From the NCBI RefSeq assembly GCF_009914755.1, contig NC_060944.1: a stretch of DNA of 64,000 nucleotides. The stretch is one strand, 5' to 3'. The notes under the pieces are model-generated. The model saw only the letters and a program-made list of their open reading frames with translations. It searched no databases and had not been told where the DNA came from. Both the position numbers and the translations under genes were made by a program. Positions 13,865 to 28,660 of this stretch are shown piece by piece (position 1 is the stretch's first letter; the number at the start of each line of letters is the position of its first letter). Source of the stretch: the human T2T-CHM13v2.0 reference genome, Homo sapiens.

Positions 13865-14819
13865 CACTTCAAACATCCTACGCATGTCCCTGCTGCTAGG
13901 CTTTTGCCCAGGTGATACCCTTCCTGAAATCCACGCCACCCAGCTCAGCCATGGTCCTTCATTAAACTACTTAAATATCACTTTCCCTACATGGCTTTCA
14001 CTAATGTCCAGGAAACAGGCACTTCTGAATTGTTGTTCCTATACTTCAGAGTGCATACTTCCATTATAGGTATTTTAAACAGGATCTAATTTAAAAGTCC
14101 ATAATGATGAAATTTAGCTATCTAGTCATAATAAAAGTGAAAGTGGCACAAAGACATCAAAAGGCACAATGCACTTTCAAGTAAGAAAATGTAGGTGCAA
14201 GAGAAGCAGATAGTGCTACCAGTATTACCATGAAAACTAGTAATCATCAAGCCAATTGCAAACATAACAATAGACCAATAGCCATACCAATAAACATATC
14301 ATTCAACATTATTCTTATTATCTATGAAAGCAATCTAATTATCAAGTGTCAAAAAAAAGAAATCTGCTGCTTTTCTAATATACCAGAAAATGGGGAGGTG
14401 GTGTTAATTGGAACTTAATGGATATATAATACCTATTTAAAACAAAAAAAAGATACATCCTGAAACTTCAAAGGAATTGAATATTGTGAACATTTTGTCA
14501 CTTTGCGTGAACAAGTAATAAGCATTTCTGTAACCATTCATTCAGACCGGTAAGTTGGGGTTTCAGCATTTCATATGCAAATTTGTTAAGGCAATTTTTG
14601 AAGAAACAACTATCTAATAATCCATGTAGCTGTGGATAATGTCGTTTAAATATGGTATTAACCCCCAGTGATTGGATTTGAAGGCGCACTGGTGGAGAGG
14701 CTCTGCTAACCGGTGCTGGATACCCTAATGCAAGCAGAGTCAGGCAGGGAGTTTGTGTGCACGTGGGTCTTTTCCTCAAAGACCAAATCCCTAGCCGCCT
14801 GCATTCTTTTACACTTTCT

Positions 14820-15100
14820 GAGAAAAAAAGGAAGGCAGAGAGGAAGAGGGAGAGACACAAGACAAAGAAGGAATGGAGAAGGGGAAGAAGAAAGAAAAGA
14901 AGGAGAAAACAAAAGAGTAATGAAAACTAAGATGAAGAAAGGAGGGAAAAGGGGAAGAGGATGGATGGAAGGGAAGAAGGGAGGAAGGGGAACAAGGGAA
15001 AGAGGCAGAAGGAGAAGCAGGAGACATGAACTGCAGGCGAGGGAAGGGGTACTGAGCAGGGGGAGAGAAGAGGCAAAAGATTATGGAGACAAAGCAGAAT
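14820..15100. repeat. GA-rich low-complexity polypurine tract
   Basis: About 280 bp that is strongly A/G-rich on the + strand. Confidence 0.85.
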
Positions 15101-15849
15101 AACATGTAAACTACACGCAACCCCTACATAAGCTTGCATCCCTCCTGACCTCCCAAACAAAAGCAAAAGTGAAAATAAAGACTTTTTACCCAGCATACTT
15201 CTTCTGGTCCTTCCAATGATGATGTGATGAAAACAGACCCCGGGACAATGTTGCAGGGCATACTGGGACCTGCGTCTCCCTTTATTACTTCATAACTTGC
15301 CTTCCCCAACAATTCAATTCAATCTCCCAGGAGCAAAACTAAATGTTATTGTAGGAAAAACAATGGAACCCAAAACACAACAGAATGACAACTCAGCAAC
15401 ATAAACTGTAAAACATAAGGTCTTGACCGATTTGCTCTTTGATGTTGGAAATAGACAATTCATTTGGCAAAGTCCAGATGAAACTGAAGGTCAGATAATG
15501 CTACTCTCCCTTCAGACTCTTCACCTCTTCCTATGCACCCATTTTAACCACACACTGCCCCGTAAGCAAGAATTCTGTCTGTTTCTTCACGTGCAAAACA
15601 GGTATATATACAGGTAGAGGTTTTAAAGTTCCTTCCAGCTACAGAAGTCTGTTTCCAAGACTTTACAGCGACTTTACCTGACTAGTTAGTGGTAAGTCAG
15701 GAGCCCAGGCTGGCTTGGATTTTCTACCTAGACTCTCTCTGAAGAAGGGGTGGGAAGGAAAGATCTTTCTCCTTGGGTCTTGTTCCCAAAGAAATGCAGT
15801 ACTTTTTGTGTTCTCATGAGAATTTATTTATCTTCTCAGTCACTCCTCT

Positions 15850-16045
15850 TCTTAACAATAACAACAGCCAACACATACCATCATGTTTTACTTAAGATTC
15901 ATTTGTTTAATTCTTATATCAACCCTATGAGGTAGTGACTACTATCATTCTTCTTTTACAGTTGGGAAAACTGAGAAACAGAGAGCTTAAGTGACTTTTT
16001 CAAGGCCACACAGCTGGTAGCAGAGCCAGGATTCAAACCTAGGAA
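15850..16045 (-). mobile_element. MIR SINE
   Basis: ttttacagttgggaaaactgagaaacagagagcttaagtgac...gagccaggattcaaacc. Confidence 0.75.
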
Positions 16046-17855
16046 GTTATAATTCTCATTTAGCTGCTAGGCTGCACACCACATGTGGGCACGTTGTGTT
16101 TGATGGCAAGGAGTGATCATCAACTCCCTGGAGTTAGCTGGCCTTGCGCTGGGGAGCTGGTTCATGCAGGAAGAGGGGTAAAGAATGGAAAGAACGAACA
16201 AAAATTAAGTCAGTTGTCAAGCTGCTGCCATATTAAGAGTAAAGAGAACAACAGGGCTGCTGGGAACATTGTCAGACCCCAAATTGTTCTTGACATTCAT
16301 TGGGCTGAGTCCCTTGCTTCTGCAGCTCTAAATGGAAATGACATGGAACTAAAATATATATATTTTTAAATCTCCAAACTCTTCACACATCCGTTGGCAT
16401 GATAATATTTTGATTAGTTACATTTATGCTCCAATTACACTCACAGAATGTTCAACTGTGTCTTATATATAGCATGTTTGCCATGCTCCATAGAAAATAC
16501 TGGATTATTACCTCGTATATTTGCAATGGGAAAAGACACAAATGGAAAGGGGGAGAAAAGACAGCAAAAAGAAGAGATGACTAATCCTGTTAAAATGGTG
16601 CCGTCTTGCCTTCACATTACTAAATTGGGTCATCGCTATTATTGCCAAGCTTTAAAATGCCAGGGCTGGGAGAGACATCAAGTATTTAAGTCTACCCTTC
16701 CCCTCACCTGAGGCTTTTATCTCCCTTACCACGACTGGGTCTGAAAGCAACCTCCTCACATACCCAGTGAGTGGCAAGGTCGACAGTGGGGAATGTTTGT
16801 GTCTTTGTGCTCTTTTTTTCTTCCTGGGGAGAGCATCCATCTATTTCTCAAAGAGCTCCATAACCCTGTCCAAGATAAATATATAAATAAATAATAAACA
16901 GAAGCTAAGAGTTACTCTGAGCTTTGCAAAATGCCTGCCCTGGGGATACTAGGAGTGACTTATTACCGTGTGTGCTGCCCAGATGCCATCACATTATTTT
17001 GCTCTTCACTAGTAGCCCATGCTGCAAGCACTGAAGGTGCGTGTATCACACCATCTAACGCGGATACCAGGTGGAAGGGGTCCCATGGAGGTCTGCTAAA
17101 GATCGCCCCCAGTTCCACAGCACCCGCCCCTCAAATCCTCAACTACTGGAGCTGGCTTTCTCCCCTGGCTTCTCTCTGCCACTGCATCCCTAACTCCACT
17201 GGTACCTCTATGCCTCAGTTTCCCCAAGGTGGTTCCATTCATGAAGGCTAACCCCTCCACCAGTCTCCTTATGAAATCCACCAAAGCCAAGCATTTCATC
17301 AAGTTAATAAAATTTGTTCTAACCACAAGTATTATTTGTGCACCTACTATGTGTCTGACACTAGGGGAACAGCAGTCAGCATGGAAGAGTTTTTATCCTC
17401 TTAGAGATTACAGACTTCTAAAGAGCCATTACAGGAATGTGGAAAGTTCTATGACAAGGCAAGAACCCAGACTTGATTTGGGGGAAGAAGTATAAAAAGA
17501 AAACACCTACAACTTTCTGGAGCAAATAAACTGTAGGCTGAGGTCTAAGTTATGTAGGTGTCAGACAGGGGAAAAGGGAACAGAAAGAATGTTCCATGCA
17601 GATGAAATAGCCTGTTTCAAAGCCAAGGAACAAGACAGTTTCTGCCTTGTGGGGGGGCTAAAAGAAATTGCAGACAGAATGCAAGTGCCTTAGAGACCAC
17701 CTCTCTAACCTCTCACCCTTCAGTTTATATATAAGGAACTTGATATTCAGAGAGGTGCCCTGATTTGCCCAGAGTCTCACAGCCAAAGGGTGATAGAGCC
17801 AGCATTCAAATTGAGGTGTATCTGACTCCAAGATCAGTATCATTTCCCTCTGAAA

Positions 17856-18025
17856 CAGCGGTTCCCAAATCGCAGTGTGCATCAGAATTACTTGGAAAGC
17901 TTGTTAAACTGTGCCGGGTCCCATACCCAGTAGATTTGGGGTGGAGTCCAAGAATCTGCACTTCTAACAAGTTTCTAAGTGATGCTGATGGGACTGATCT
18001 GTGGACCACACTTTGATAACCACTG
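17856..18025 (-). mobile_element. MER5A hAT MITE
   Basis: Terminal inverted repeats cagcggttcccaaa / tttgataaccactg; internal gcatcagaattacttgga and ctaacaagttt. Confidence 0.8.
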
Positions 18026-18559
18026 GACTAGCTGGTCTCTAATTCCCCAGCCCTGATAGGGCAGGGGCCCAAAAATTTGGGCGAATCAACAAATGGTGCT
18101 ACCACAGGGGTGCTAACTTGTTAAACTACCTCCTACCCTGGGCCACGCCCTGCCTACCTCTCTCAGGGGCAGGAGGTCTTGGCCACTGGCCATTAAACAT
18201 GAAGACTCTCCCTCTGCCCAACTCCAACAGCCTGAGCCATTTTCTTTCCATCACTGCTAATTACCAAGAATATAATTAGACACTTATTGACTCCCCCAAA
18301 TGTACTAAGGTCTGCAAAGAAAATAGCACAATAATTATTCCTCCTATTTTACCATCCTCTAAGGAGCTACAAGACTTTGACAGCTGTTATCCAATTAATC
18401 CTGACAGCTTATTTTTTTAACGTAAAGGTATTTTTTTCTTCTAAGATTGGAAAAGCTATTTCCTTTTTTGAAGTAAGAATGAGGGCAAAGAGAGGCCAGA
18501 TAACTTGTCCAACATTACAAGGGTCATTTCTTGCCTCCCTTCTCCTGCATGATCAGTGG

Positions 18560-18805
18560 AACAATGAAAGATAAGGGCATGGACTGTTGACTCAAACTGC
18601 CAGATCAAATCCCAGCTCTGTCAGCTCTCAGCTGTGTGGCCTTGGGCAACATACTTAACATCTATAAGCCTCAGTTTCTCCATCTGAAAAATGGAGGTGA
18701 TGATGGCAAAAGTTGTACATGCTTCCTAGGCTTGTTACGTGAATTAAATGTGTCTGTATGTTACACGCTTAGAATAGTACCTGACATGTTGAGAATTAGC
18801 TACCA
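18560..18805 (+). mobile_element. MIR SINE
   Basis: aaatcccagctctgtc...gtggccttgggcaac...gcctcagtttctccatctgaaaaatgg. Confidence 0.75.
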
Positions 18806-19002
18806 TGATCATCAGTGGCAGAAGCGGCATTTCTGAGCCCTCATGCAGATCTTCGACTACAACAGTGAGATAACTGACCCTGGAATTCAGCAGGGTAAGG
18901 CAGGTCCCAGTCTCACTGTCCACAGAGGCAGCGGGCCTAGAAGGCACCAGGAAGCCATGGAACATCTCCATGCTGTTGACAACAAGGAACATCTCTCTTT
19001 GC

Positions 19003-19174
19003 CAGTGGTTCTCCAAGTGTGGCCCTGAGCCAGATACATCAACGTCATGGGGAACCCCTCAAAAAGTAAATCCTTGGGCCCCAAGCTAGACTGACTAGAC
19101 CAGAAACTCTGAGTGGGGTCAGTCATCTGGGTCCCCCAGGGGATGCTGACACCCACTCAAGTTTGAGAACCACT
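19003..19174 (+). mobile_element. MER5A hAT MITE
   Basis: TIRs cagtggttctccaagtgtgg / aagtttgagaaccact. Confidence 0.75.
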
Positions 19175-19340
19175 TTTTTTCCCCAGACAGGTTGCCTGAG
19201 CCTCAGCCTATCAGGGTAGACCACAATAACCTGGCGATCATGCCAGTTCCTGTCCACTGGATGTTCCCTGCTTTTCCCAAGAAGGGACAGGACAGGTTAC
19301 CAGATTCCACAGCACTGTAGCATGGGTCCAGAGCCTGTGC

Positions 19341-19654
<314 letters not shown>

Positions 19655-20359
19655 TAGCCTGTGTTCTTGACCACTGCCCTACATTGTCTCTCTTGAAACT
19701 GCCTTCCCACATGCACTTCTGGAAAGGACTCCAATCCCTACCCCAGTGAGGGCCAGCTGGGAGTGCGGTCCTTATTGCTGAGGCACCATAGTTGCCCTGG
19801 TGTGCCAGGAGGTAGGAAATGGACACCAGGAGATAATGACGACTCACAGAAATGACACAGAAGGCATCTCCCAGACCCTCTGAGTCCTTGAAGCCACTAG
19901 GATATGTCCATCAACTGAGGCCTCTTGAAATCAAGCACCTGAACCCCTAGATTTTCTACGGTTTTCATCCTGAACCCACTCTTCCCCTTTCATCCCTCAC
20001 TCCTCCACCTGCCCCCATCCTCTCAGCTGCAAAGCTAGTTTCCTATTTCAGTCTTACCTTTCTCCCATTCCCCATCCCTAGCCCTCCTCCCCTGTCCCAC
20101 TTTTTGTACCAAAATGCACTTTGGACTATCCCCCTTGACCACAATGCAGACCCCAACCATCTCTTGGGTTCCCCTTCCTCTTGCTGCTGTCCACCTCATC
20201 CAGTCAAGTGGTCTCTGCACTCTAGACCACCAAAGATACTGTCTCTGTCAGTTCCACCAAGCCCTGCAGTAGAACCTAGACCCAGATGGAAAGAGAACAA
20301 GACAAAATCAGGAAGTAGAGGCAGCTCTAGTGCTGACAACTGCCAGGGAAGCAATGAGC

Positions 20360-20818
20360 TGAATGGGTTCCCTGAAGCCGCCATAACAAAGACCACAAAG
20401 TGAGTGGCTGAAACAACAGAAGTTGATCGTCTCACAGTCCTGGAGGCTGAAAGCCTGAGATCAAGGTGTCAGCAGGGTTGGTTCTTTCTGAGGCCAGTGA
20501 GGGAGAATCTGTTCCATGCCCTCCCCTAGCTTCTGGTGGTTTGCTGGCGATCTTTGGCATTCCTTGGGTTGTAGATGTACCCCTCCTCCTTATCTCTGCC
20601 TTCAGATTCACATGGTTTATCCCTGTGTGCATCTGTCTCCATTTGTTAAGGAAAAAACACCAGTCACATCGAATTCAGAGCACACCCTACTCCAATATGG
20701 CTTTATCTTAGCTAATTACATCTAGAATGACTACTTCCAAATAAGGTCACATTTTGAGATACTGGGAGTGAAGACATCAACATATGAATTTGGTGGGAAC
20801 AGAATTTAACTCCTAATA
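20360..20818 (-). mobile_element. MLT1C/MLT1B solo LTR
   Basis: gccataacaaagaccac...ctggaggctg...gagatcaaggtgtcagcagggttgg...ccaaataaggtcacattttgag. Confidence 0.85.
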
Positions 20819-22004
20819 AGCTTTCTAGAGCCCTACTGTGTTCATCACCCAAAGAGTTATCTAAGGCAGTCCTAGGAGGGTTTCTGTAGAGATGACGGAA
20901 TATCATATTTAGAGGGAGCATGGGAAAATATTCTTTTTAACTATAAAACAATACATGGGGAAACAAACAGAAAAGTAGAAAGGAGGAGTGACAAGTCCTC
21001 ACGGAAAGACAGCCACACATGTCTTGAGGTATTTCCTTACAGTCTCATTTGCTGGCATAGGTTAGTGCTTTCCAAGGAGTTATGGCATTTACTTGGGTTT
21101 GTGACTGTGGTTAGTAAATTTTTCCTGAAGAAGAGGCTTAATGGGGGATAACAGTTTATAGTGGCCTTGTCTGCATTGAAGCTATATCCAAATTCCAATG
21201 GGAAAGGAGCAAGCACCCCTTCAACAGGGCTGCCTGTTCACTGATGTTGCAGGTTAGTTTCACAACAAATGTATATTGAGTGCCTGCTCCACACCAGGCA
21301 CTGTTGTAGGCCCCGGGAGTACAGCTGTGAACAAAACAGTGAAGATACTTCATCAGAGACAGTTTGCGGAGATGAAAATGCTCCTCAAGAGCTTTGAAAC
21401 AAGTTGAATAGGGCTCCTGTAGACGCCCCCCAGGGAATGCATGCCAGTTTTTCATGCCATGATTACCCCTTTTAAAATTCTTGATTTTTAGCTCATCTTT
21501 CGAGGCTCTGAAGTACCTTTGCAACGATTATTTCCCCAGGAAGGATCTATGAATGGTGTATTTTCTGAGCCTGTGCATTTCTGATGCTGCATCACTTTTA
21601 TAGTATAGATCACGTGCCCATATGCAATTTATTGAGTCTCGACCTATTCCCTTCTAAATACTGTGGACCGGTGCTTCTCATCTTTTGCCAAAAGAACAAG
21701 GATAGCATGTTTGTCCCTCATCTGTCAAATCCTCTTTTTGAATATACACTTGGAAGGCAGGTAGATAGGTATATCTCACACCCTAATTCCTAATATAGGG
21801 AAGATTTTTTTTTTTTTTTTTAATCTTACAGCCTTGTTCTTAGGAGCACAGCACAGCAATGAAGATGCAGGCTCTGGAGCCACACCCCTGCAGTCAAAAC
21901 CCAGCCCTCTCATTTCCTAAAGTGCATCCCTGGGCAAATTACATAGATTTTTCTCTGTCTTTGTTTCCCAATCTGTAAAATGGAGATAATAAAAAGACAA
22001 ACCT

Positions 22005-22339
<335 letters not shown>

Positions 22340-22367
22340 TTAACTGAATTAATACAGGTAATAGTAG

Positions 22368-22588
22368 AAAGGCTGACAAACTTTTTCCATAAAGGGCCAG
22401 AGAGTCAATATTTTAGGCTTAGCAGGCCGAAAAGTTTTTGTTAACAACTACTCAATTCTACTGTTGGGGTGTGACAACTGCAGAGACAATGGATAAATGG
22501 ATGGATGGATGAGGCTGTGTTCCAACAAAGCTTTACAAAAACAGGCAGCTGAGGGGTCCATGCATAGGCTGTAGTTTGCTGACCTCTG
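22368..22588 (-). mobile_element. MER58A MITE
   Basis: caaactttttccataaagggccag...gctgtgttccaacaaagc...gtagtttgctgacctctg. Confidence 0.8.
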
Positions 22589-23699
22589 ACTTAGTACCAG
22601 GCAAATACTAAATTCTCAATCAATGTTAGCCATTATTATTAACTATGATGAGATTCAGAAGGACAGGGGTTGGATCCTCTCTGTCACTCACTGCCTGGTT
22701 CTCTGACACTATGAACAGATGGTGTACATGAAAAACCACCATCCACAGAAGTATTCCTTCCAGCCCACCTATAGCACTGCACTTGTGAAAACGACACCTT
22801 CCAAGATGCAATGCGCTGCCACAATGTCTCTGATAATTTTTGCCCTGTTGTATTTGTGAGTTTCAGCCTTGAGCAGGATGTGAAAAGAAAGGTGGGAGGA
22901 AAACAATAGAACATTAAGTGCTTCAGAAAGTCCTCTTCATGCTGTAAAGGGATGTCTGTCCCATTTAGATTGGTACAGACCTTTATCTTCTACTAGAGGG
23001 ACAGAGAAGGATGGATGCACATCTTCCTTTTGTTAGTGGCACGGCATAGGTGGCTGAGCTCTGTTTTTCCGACCATTCCTATTAGCCTTGGAGTTGAGGG
23101 AAAACTCTCCCAGATTCTGTCAAAAGTTCACCTGTCTCACTTTCCAGTGTTGCTATGATCTGATGCTTTTGTGCTGTTCTCATGGGAATTTTTAAGGGAA
23201 ACTGCAAGAGGTTGGGATTCCCAAAGTCTCTTAAGGTTATTTCCACCATGGACTCTGTGTATGGTGGAAAGAGTTCCCGAGCCCTGTGCTCTCTGTGGCA
23301 CTGTCTCATTTCAAACACATAAATCCAATGCTTTATCTACTTCTTGGGATTTTCTGGTTATTTTTTTTACCACCTACACCAAGGGTTAAGCCATGCCCCA
23401 CTTTTCCCTTGTCCTGACCAAAATTGATATACTACGACCCAGGGCCAAAAGCATAGACAACAGGTGTGGGCGAAAATTCTCTACTTGTATAGAAATTATT
23501 TGAAGAAATTCCTGCTTAATCGGGCTTCAATCTCTTCCACTCCCTTATATCCATTCATTTGTTCACTCATTCATTCATTCTTTTACTAATTATGTGCCCG
23601 CTAAACATTCACTGAGCAAGCTTTATGTACTTGGTACCAAGCATGCAGAGACACAGAATAAATATTTTATTCTTGAAGACATCTTGCTCTAAATGGGTA

Positions 23700-24118
23700 T
23701 GGTGCATCTGGTGATGCCCTGCCCAGGTCTCTCTTTAAAGAAACTTGTCTCCCCAGCTGCCAGGGCACTTAGGCACACAGTCTTTAGCAGTAGCCCCTCC
23801 AGGGACTGTGTCAGCTGCAGAGTGTACTCCCAAGGTCTGCCTTTCTGAGAGCTGCACATCCAGCAACTGATGGAGGCTAGGGTTGAAAGCCTCAGCCAGT
23901 CCTGCCCGTTGCAGACTCGGACGGGCCATTTTAGCTCCCCGTGGAGTTGGCTAATGATGTCCTGAGGTCTGCGTCAACTCACTTCCTCCCGCAGCCTGCT
24001 GCTCATCCCTTCCTTCCCTTCCATAGCTGCTAGTCCAGGGGGCAATTTCCAATAAACATCCTAATAAACACTCATCTCCATCTCTGATTCTGAATCCCAG
24101 AGAATCCAACAGTGACAA
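23700..24118 (+). mobile_element. LTR16-family (ERVL) solo LTR
   Basis: ccttccatagctgctagtccaggg...aataaac...ctccatctctgattctgaatcccagagaatccaacagtgaca, typical of LTR16 3' ends. Confidence 0.65.
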
Positions 24119-25290
24119 TGGGTCTGGGGAAGCAAGTTGCTCTGTCTGGGCATTTTTGAGGGGACATTTGCGTTGGTTCTTTAAAAACACACAGGAATAT
24201 TCCAGGTAGAGAAGGAACGATCATTTCAGGCAGAGGGAACAGGACGAGAAAGTCCAGGACTATGACAGCACAGAGGCATTTGGTGTCCTGGCCTGACTGG
24301 TGAGAGGGGATGTGGAGGCCCAGGAAGAGGACCAAAGCAAGTCCTTGATAGTCAAGCTAAGGAGCTGACCATGCACCAGGAGCCCATGGGTGTTTATCAG
24401 AAGAAATGGGACGTAATAAAATATTCATTTCACCGAGATGAGTTGTCTTTGTCAAGGTTCCCTCTAAAAAACAGGAGCTAATCTGGATGCGTCAAGTAGA
24501 TAGTTTTCATACAAAGACTCAGACCTTTATCCACTACTGGGAGGCTGGGGAATGTCAGTGGGGAAGGTAGTCCTCAGGAAATCCCTAAGTATAAGGACCA
24601 CAGGAAAAGTCGAGTCTGTAGTTTTGGCTACTTGGGTGACTGTTGGGTAGATGCTCAACAAACATGGGCACACCTCAAAGTCTGCTGACTGCCCGCACCC
24701 CTGCAGGGGCTCTCAGCTGCCGGAGGGAGGCTCACTGTTCTCTGGTTCTTTGACCTTTCAGATCTCTCATCAGTGGGATCTCACTGGGACCCTGCAGGTG
24801 AAGGAATCTGGGAAACGTGGCTTCTGGGCTTCATGACCCTTTGGTATAGGAGAGCACTTAGGGAGCTGTGCATCAACAAGCAATATGTGACTTGGGTCAC
24901 AGAGGATGTGGCTGCAGCAAGGAGATTAGTTAGGGGGTTGAATCAAAAGCCCAAGCACGAGATGTTGGTGCCATCATCACGTCACTGCCCAATTCTCCTT
25001 CCTCTCCAAGGCCTCCAAACCTGCTCTGAGGCTTGGCAGGGAAAGTGAGCCAGACTGAGGACAGGAGAAAGGGCTGCCGGAAACAAACGCAAGGGACACA
25101 CAGCCCTGTCCCGCCAGGTGTGACTCCAGGTGCCAGGTGTGACTCCTGCCAGGTGTGGCTCCCGGATCAGGATGGCTGCTCTTCACTCACTGGCATTTGG
25201 GTGAGAAGGGCACTGAGATGGAGCAGGGATAACCAATCCAGAAGACAGAAACCCTGGCTTGGAGCCCTTTCCAGCCATTTCCTAATTGGA

Positions 25291-25735
25291 TGTATGACTT
25301 TTCTAGGGCTGCCGGAACAAATTACCACAAACTTGGCGGTTTAGGATAACAGAGATTCATTCTCTCACAGTTCTGGAGGCCAGAAGTCTGAAATCAAGGT
25401 GGGTCGGCAGGGCCGTGGGGGAAGTCTCTAGGGGATAATTCCTCTTTGCCTCTTGCAGCCCGTGGTGGTGTCTGGTGCTCCCTGAGGTCGTCTCTGCCTC
25501 TGTTTTCACATGGTCTTCTCCTCATGCCTCGCATTTCAAATCTCCCTCTGCTTTGCTCTCACTTTTGCAGCTATCATTGGATTTAGGATCCACCCTAAAT
25601 CCAGGATAACCTCCTCTTGAGATCCTTAACTCAACTGCATCTGCAAAGATCTTTTTTCTACATAAGGTCACAGTCACAAGTTCCAGGAATTACACCTTGC
25701 ACAATGCTGGGGGGCCGTGATTCAACCCCACTACA
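25291..25735 (-). mobile_element. MLT1C-like solo LTR
   Basis: gctgccggaacaaattaccacaaacttgg...ctcacagttctggaggccagaagtctgaaatcaagg...ataaggtcacagtcacaag...ttcaaccccactaca. Confidence 0.85.
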
Positions 25736-25811
25736 ACTACACTGGGTGACTCTGTAAATGTCACTTACCCTCATGCTTAGACTTAAATTTGTACTAATAA
25801 AATAGAGTAGG

Positions 25812-26237
<426 letters not shown>

Positions 26238-28017
26238 CTATTGAATCTGAATCAGCTCTCACCCCACGGCTATGGAACTGGTCTGGTCAGGACCTGGAGA
26301 CTCCTAGTTCATGCAGCGTAACACAAAGCTCAGTTTGCATTTAGGATTGCACTAGATTGCCTTAAAAGCAGTACGCAGTTCTGAAGCTTACCATTGTATA
26401 AAATAATACCTGGTGTCTATAGTCCTTCATCTGTTCAAGTACAGGTTGGATGGAAGGATTTCCAGATTCCTGTGGATTTAGGATTCCTACAATACTGTGG
26501 GCATCAGATTCACTGCAAGTAACTTTCCCAGCAACTGAAACACTGTTCCCACCCAAAAGGGGAAAATCAGATCACTTCCACATGGTGGAAAAACTAGATT
26601 ACTTCCACCATAGAAGTCTTTCGACGCTGCCTCTCCCCTTTGCCCGTCCAACCCGCCCCAGGTCTTAATTCCTGTCCTTCTATTTAGGTTTAAATCATTG
26701 CACAATCACTTTCTGACTATATAACTTAGAACAAGCCCCTTTGTACTTCATTTGTTTTCCTTTTATGCTCTTTAAATTTTAATAAATTAAAAGTGGCAGA
26801 AAATTGAGAAAGCTACAAAGAATAAAATTATAAATACCCATAACTCTGCCATCTAGCTTCAACCACTGTGAACATCTTAACATATTTGCTTTCCCTTTTT
26901 ATTTTTAAAGAAGAAAGATTACTTTATTGTTATTGGGAAATGATACATATTCATTTTGAGGAATTCAAGAAATGCAAAATACAAAGATTGAAGTTTAAAA
27001 AAAATCTTAAGTTTCACTACCCAGAAATAACTGTCATTAACATATGGCAAACATCATTTTAAATATCTTATGATATACACAGAGACAAAAGGACAGACGG
27101 ATGGATGGATGAGGATGGGCGGATGGACGGAAGAATAGGTGGAAATAAATACTATGAAATGTGGGATAAAATATATGTCACTTTAAGTTTTTTTTTAACA
27201 CTGTATTTGTCTTTACTTGTATGTAGCAGAAGAAAAAGAAATTAAAACAAAATTGAAAGAAAACTAGCCTTTCAAATACTTCTTTACCAAGAGATACTTA
27301 CCCAAAGATCTCTTTAAGAACACAGATTGTGAAGAAAGCATTAAGAGCTTGAAGTAATTATACTATATTTTAACTATTTATTTTGATGTTAAGCTTATCT
27401 AATGACTCCATGCTGTCAAATATGGTATTAGAACTATCACACTTCCCCTCAACTTCTCCTCCCTCTCTCAATTTCTCAGTTTTAATTGTTGGTGGCCGCT
27501 GTTGTTACACTGCCCAGGTTTTAACCTTCATACCCTGATCTATAACTGTAATTGTCTAAGTTGCTTACTGTGAGTCCTATATTTATATGGTTTCATTACT
27601 TATCATCAATCCTTATGTTATGAGGTCTGCATTCATGAATCTTTTATTTTTGTTTGCTTTTAATTAGTTGTATTTTGTAATTAAGTATTTTTGTCAAGAT
27701 CTTATGGATATTACACTGCCTGAGTACATTTACTCTTGACAACCATGACTTGTGAGCTTTATATTCTATTATATTCTTGAACTATGCTTTCTTTCCCTCA
27801 AATCTTTTAGATAACCATTCTTTCATCTTTGACATTGAATCCTGCTGTAGAGAAGTCTGAGGACAACTTGACTTTTTTTTTTCTCCTTGTGGAGGATATT
27901 CTTGTGTCTAGAATACTGGGTAATTCTGTATTTATCCTAAGTTTTAATAGTTTAACTAGGGTATGTCTTGGTATCTAGCATTCTGTACCAAATTTTCCTG
28001 GAATACATTGTCTCTTT

Positions 28018-28381
28018 ATTATTATTTTACTACAATATGTAACATAAAATTTAGCATTTTAATTATTTTAAGTGTACAATTCGGCAGCATTAATTACTCT
28101 CACAATATTTTGGAACCATCACCATTATTTATTTCTAAAACTTTTTCATCACCCCAAAGAGAAATTTTGTAACCATTAAGTAATAACTCTTCATTCTCTC
28201 CTGCCCCAGTCTGGTAACCTCTAATCTACTTTCTATCTCTATGAATTTGCGTACTCTAGATATTACTTATAAATGGAATCCTGTAGTCCAAAAATGAACA
28301 GTAACAATTTTTGGGAGGATATGGAGCAACTGGAATCCTTATACACTGCTGGTGAGTAGGTAAAATGGTTCAGCTGCTTGT
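28018..28381 (-). mobile_element. L1MB-like element with an inverted 5' segment (28289-28381 on +)
   Basis: Minus-strand 3'UTR (aagtgtacaatt...ccatcacc...ctttctatctctatgaatttg) abuts plus-strand ORF2-end sequence (ggaggatatggagcaactggaatccttatacactgctggtg). Similar flanks aatacattgtctcttt / aacacattctctttt. Confidence 0.7.
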
Positions 28382-28444
28382 AACACATTCTCTTTTGATT
28401 TGCACATTCAGTTATTTATTCGCTTCAGGATTTTTTTTTTATCC

Positions 28445-28660
28445 AGAGGCAAAATAGCATCATTCTACTCTTTTGAATCCCAATTCTGTTATATATACTA
28501 GACATGTTGCCTTGGGCAAGTTACGTAACTATATCTTAATTTCCTCATCTATAAATTGGGAATACTAATTGTATTAACCTCAAATTGTTGTGAAAAATTA
28601 ATTCATGTAAACCTCTAAATAAATGTTTCATGCATAATCAACGCCAAAATAATTTGTTAT
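28445..28660 (+). mobile_element. MIR SINE
   Basis: tttgaatccc...ccttgggcaagttac...ttcctcatctataaattggg. Confidence 0.7.

Noticed and set aside
14713-15196. Arg/Gly/Glu-rich and Ser/Phe-rich ORFs
   Set aside because: Stop-poor low-complexity GA tract.
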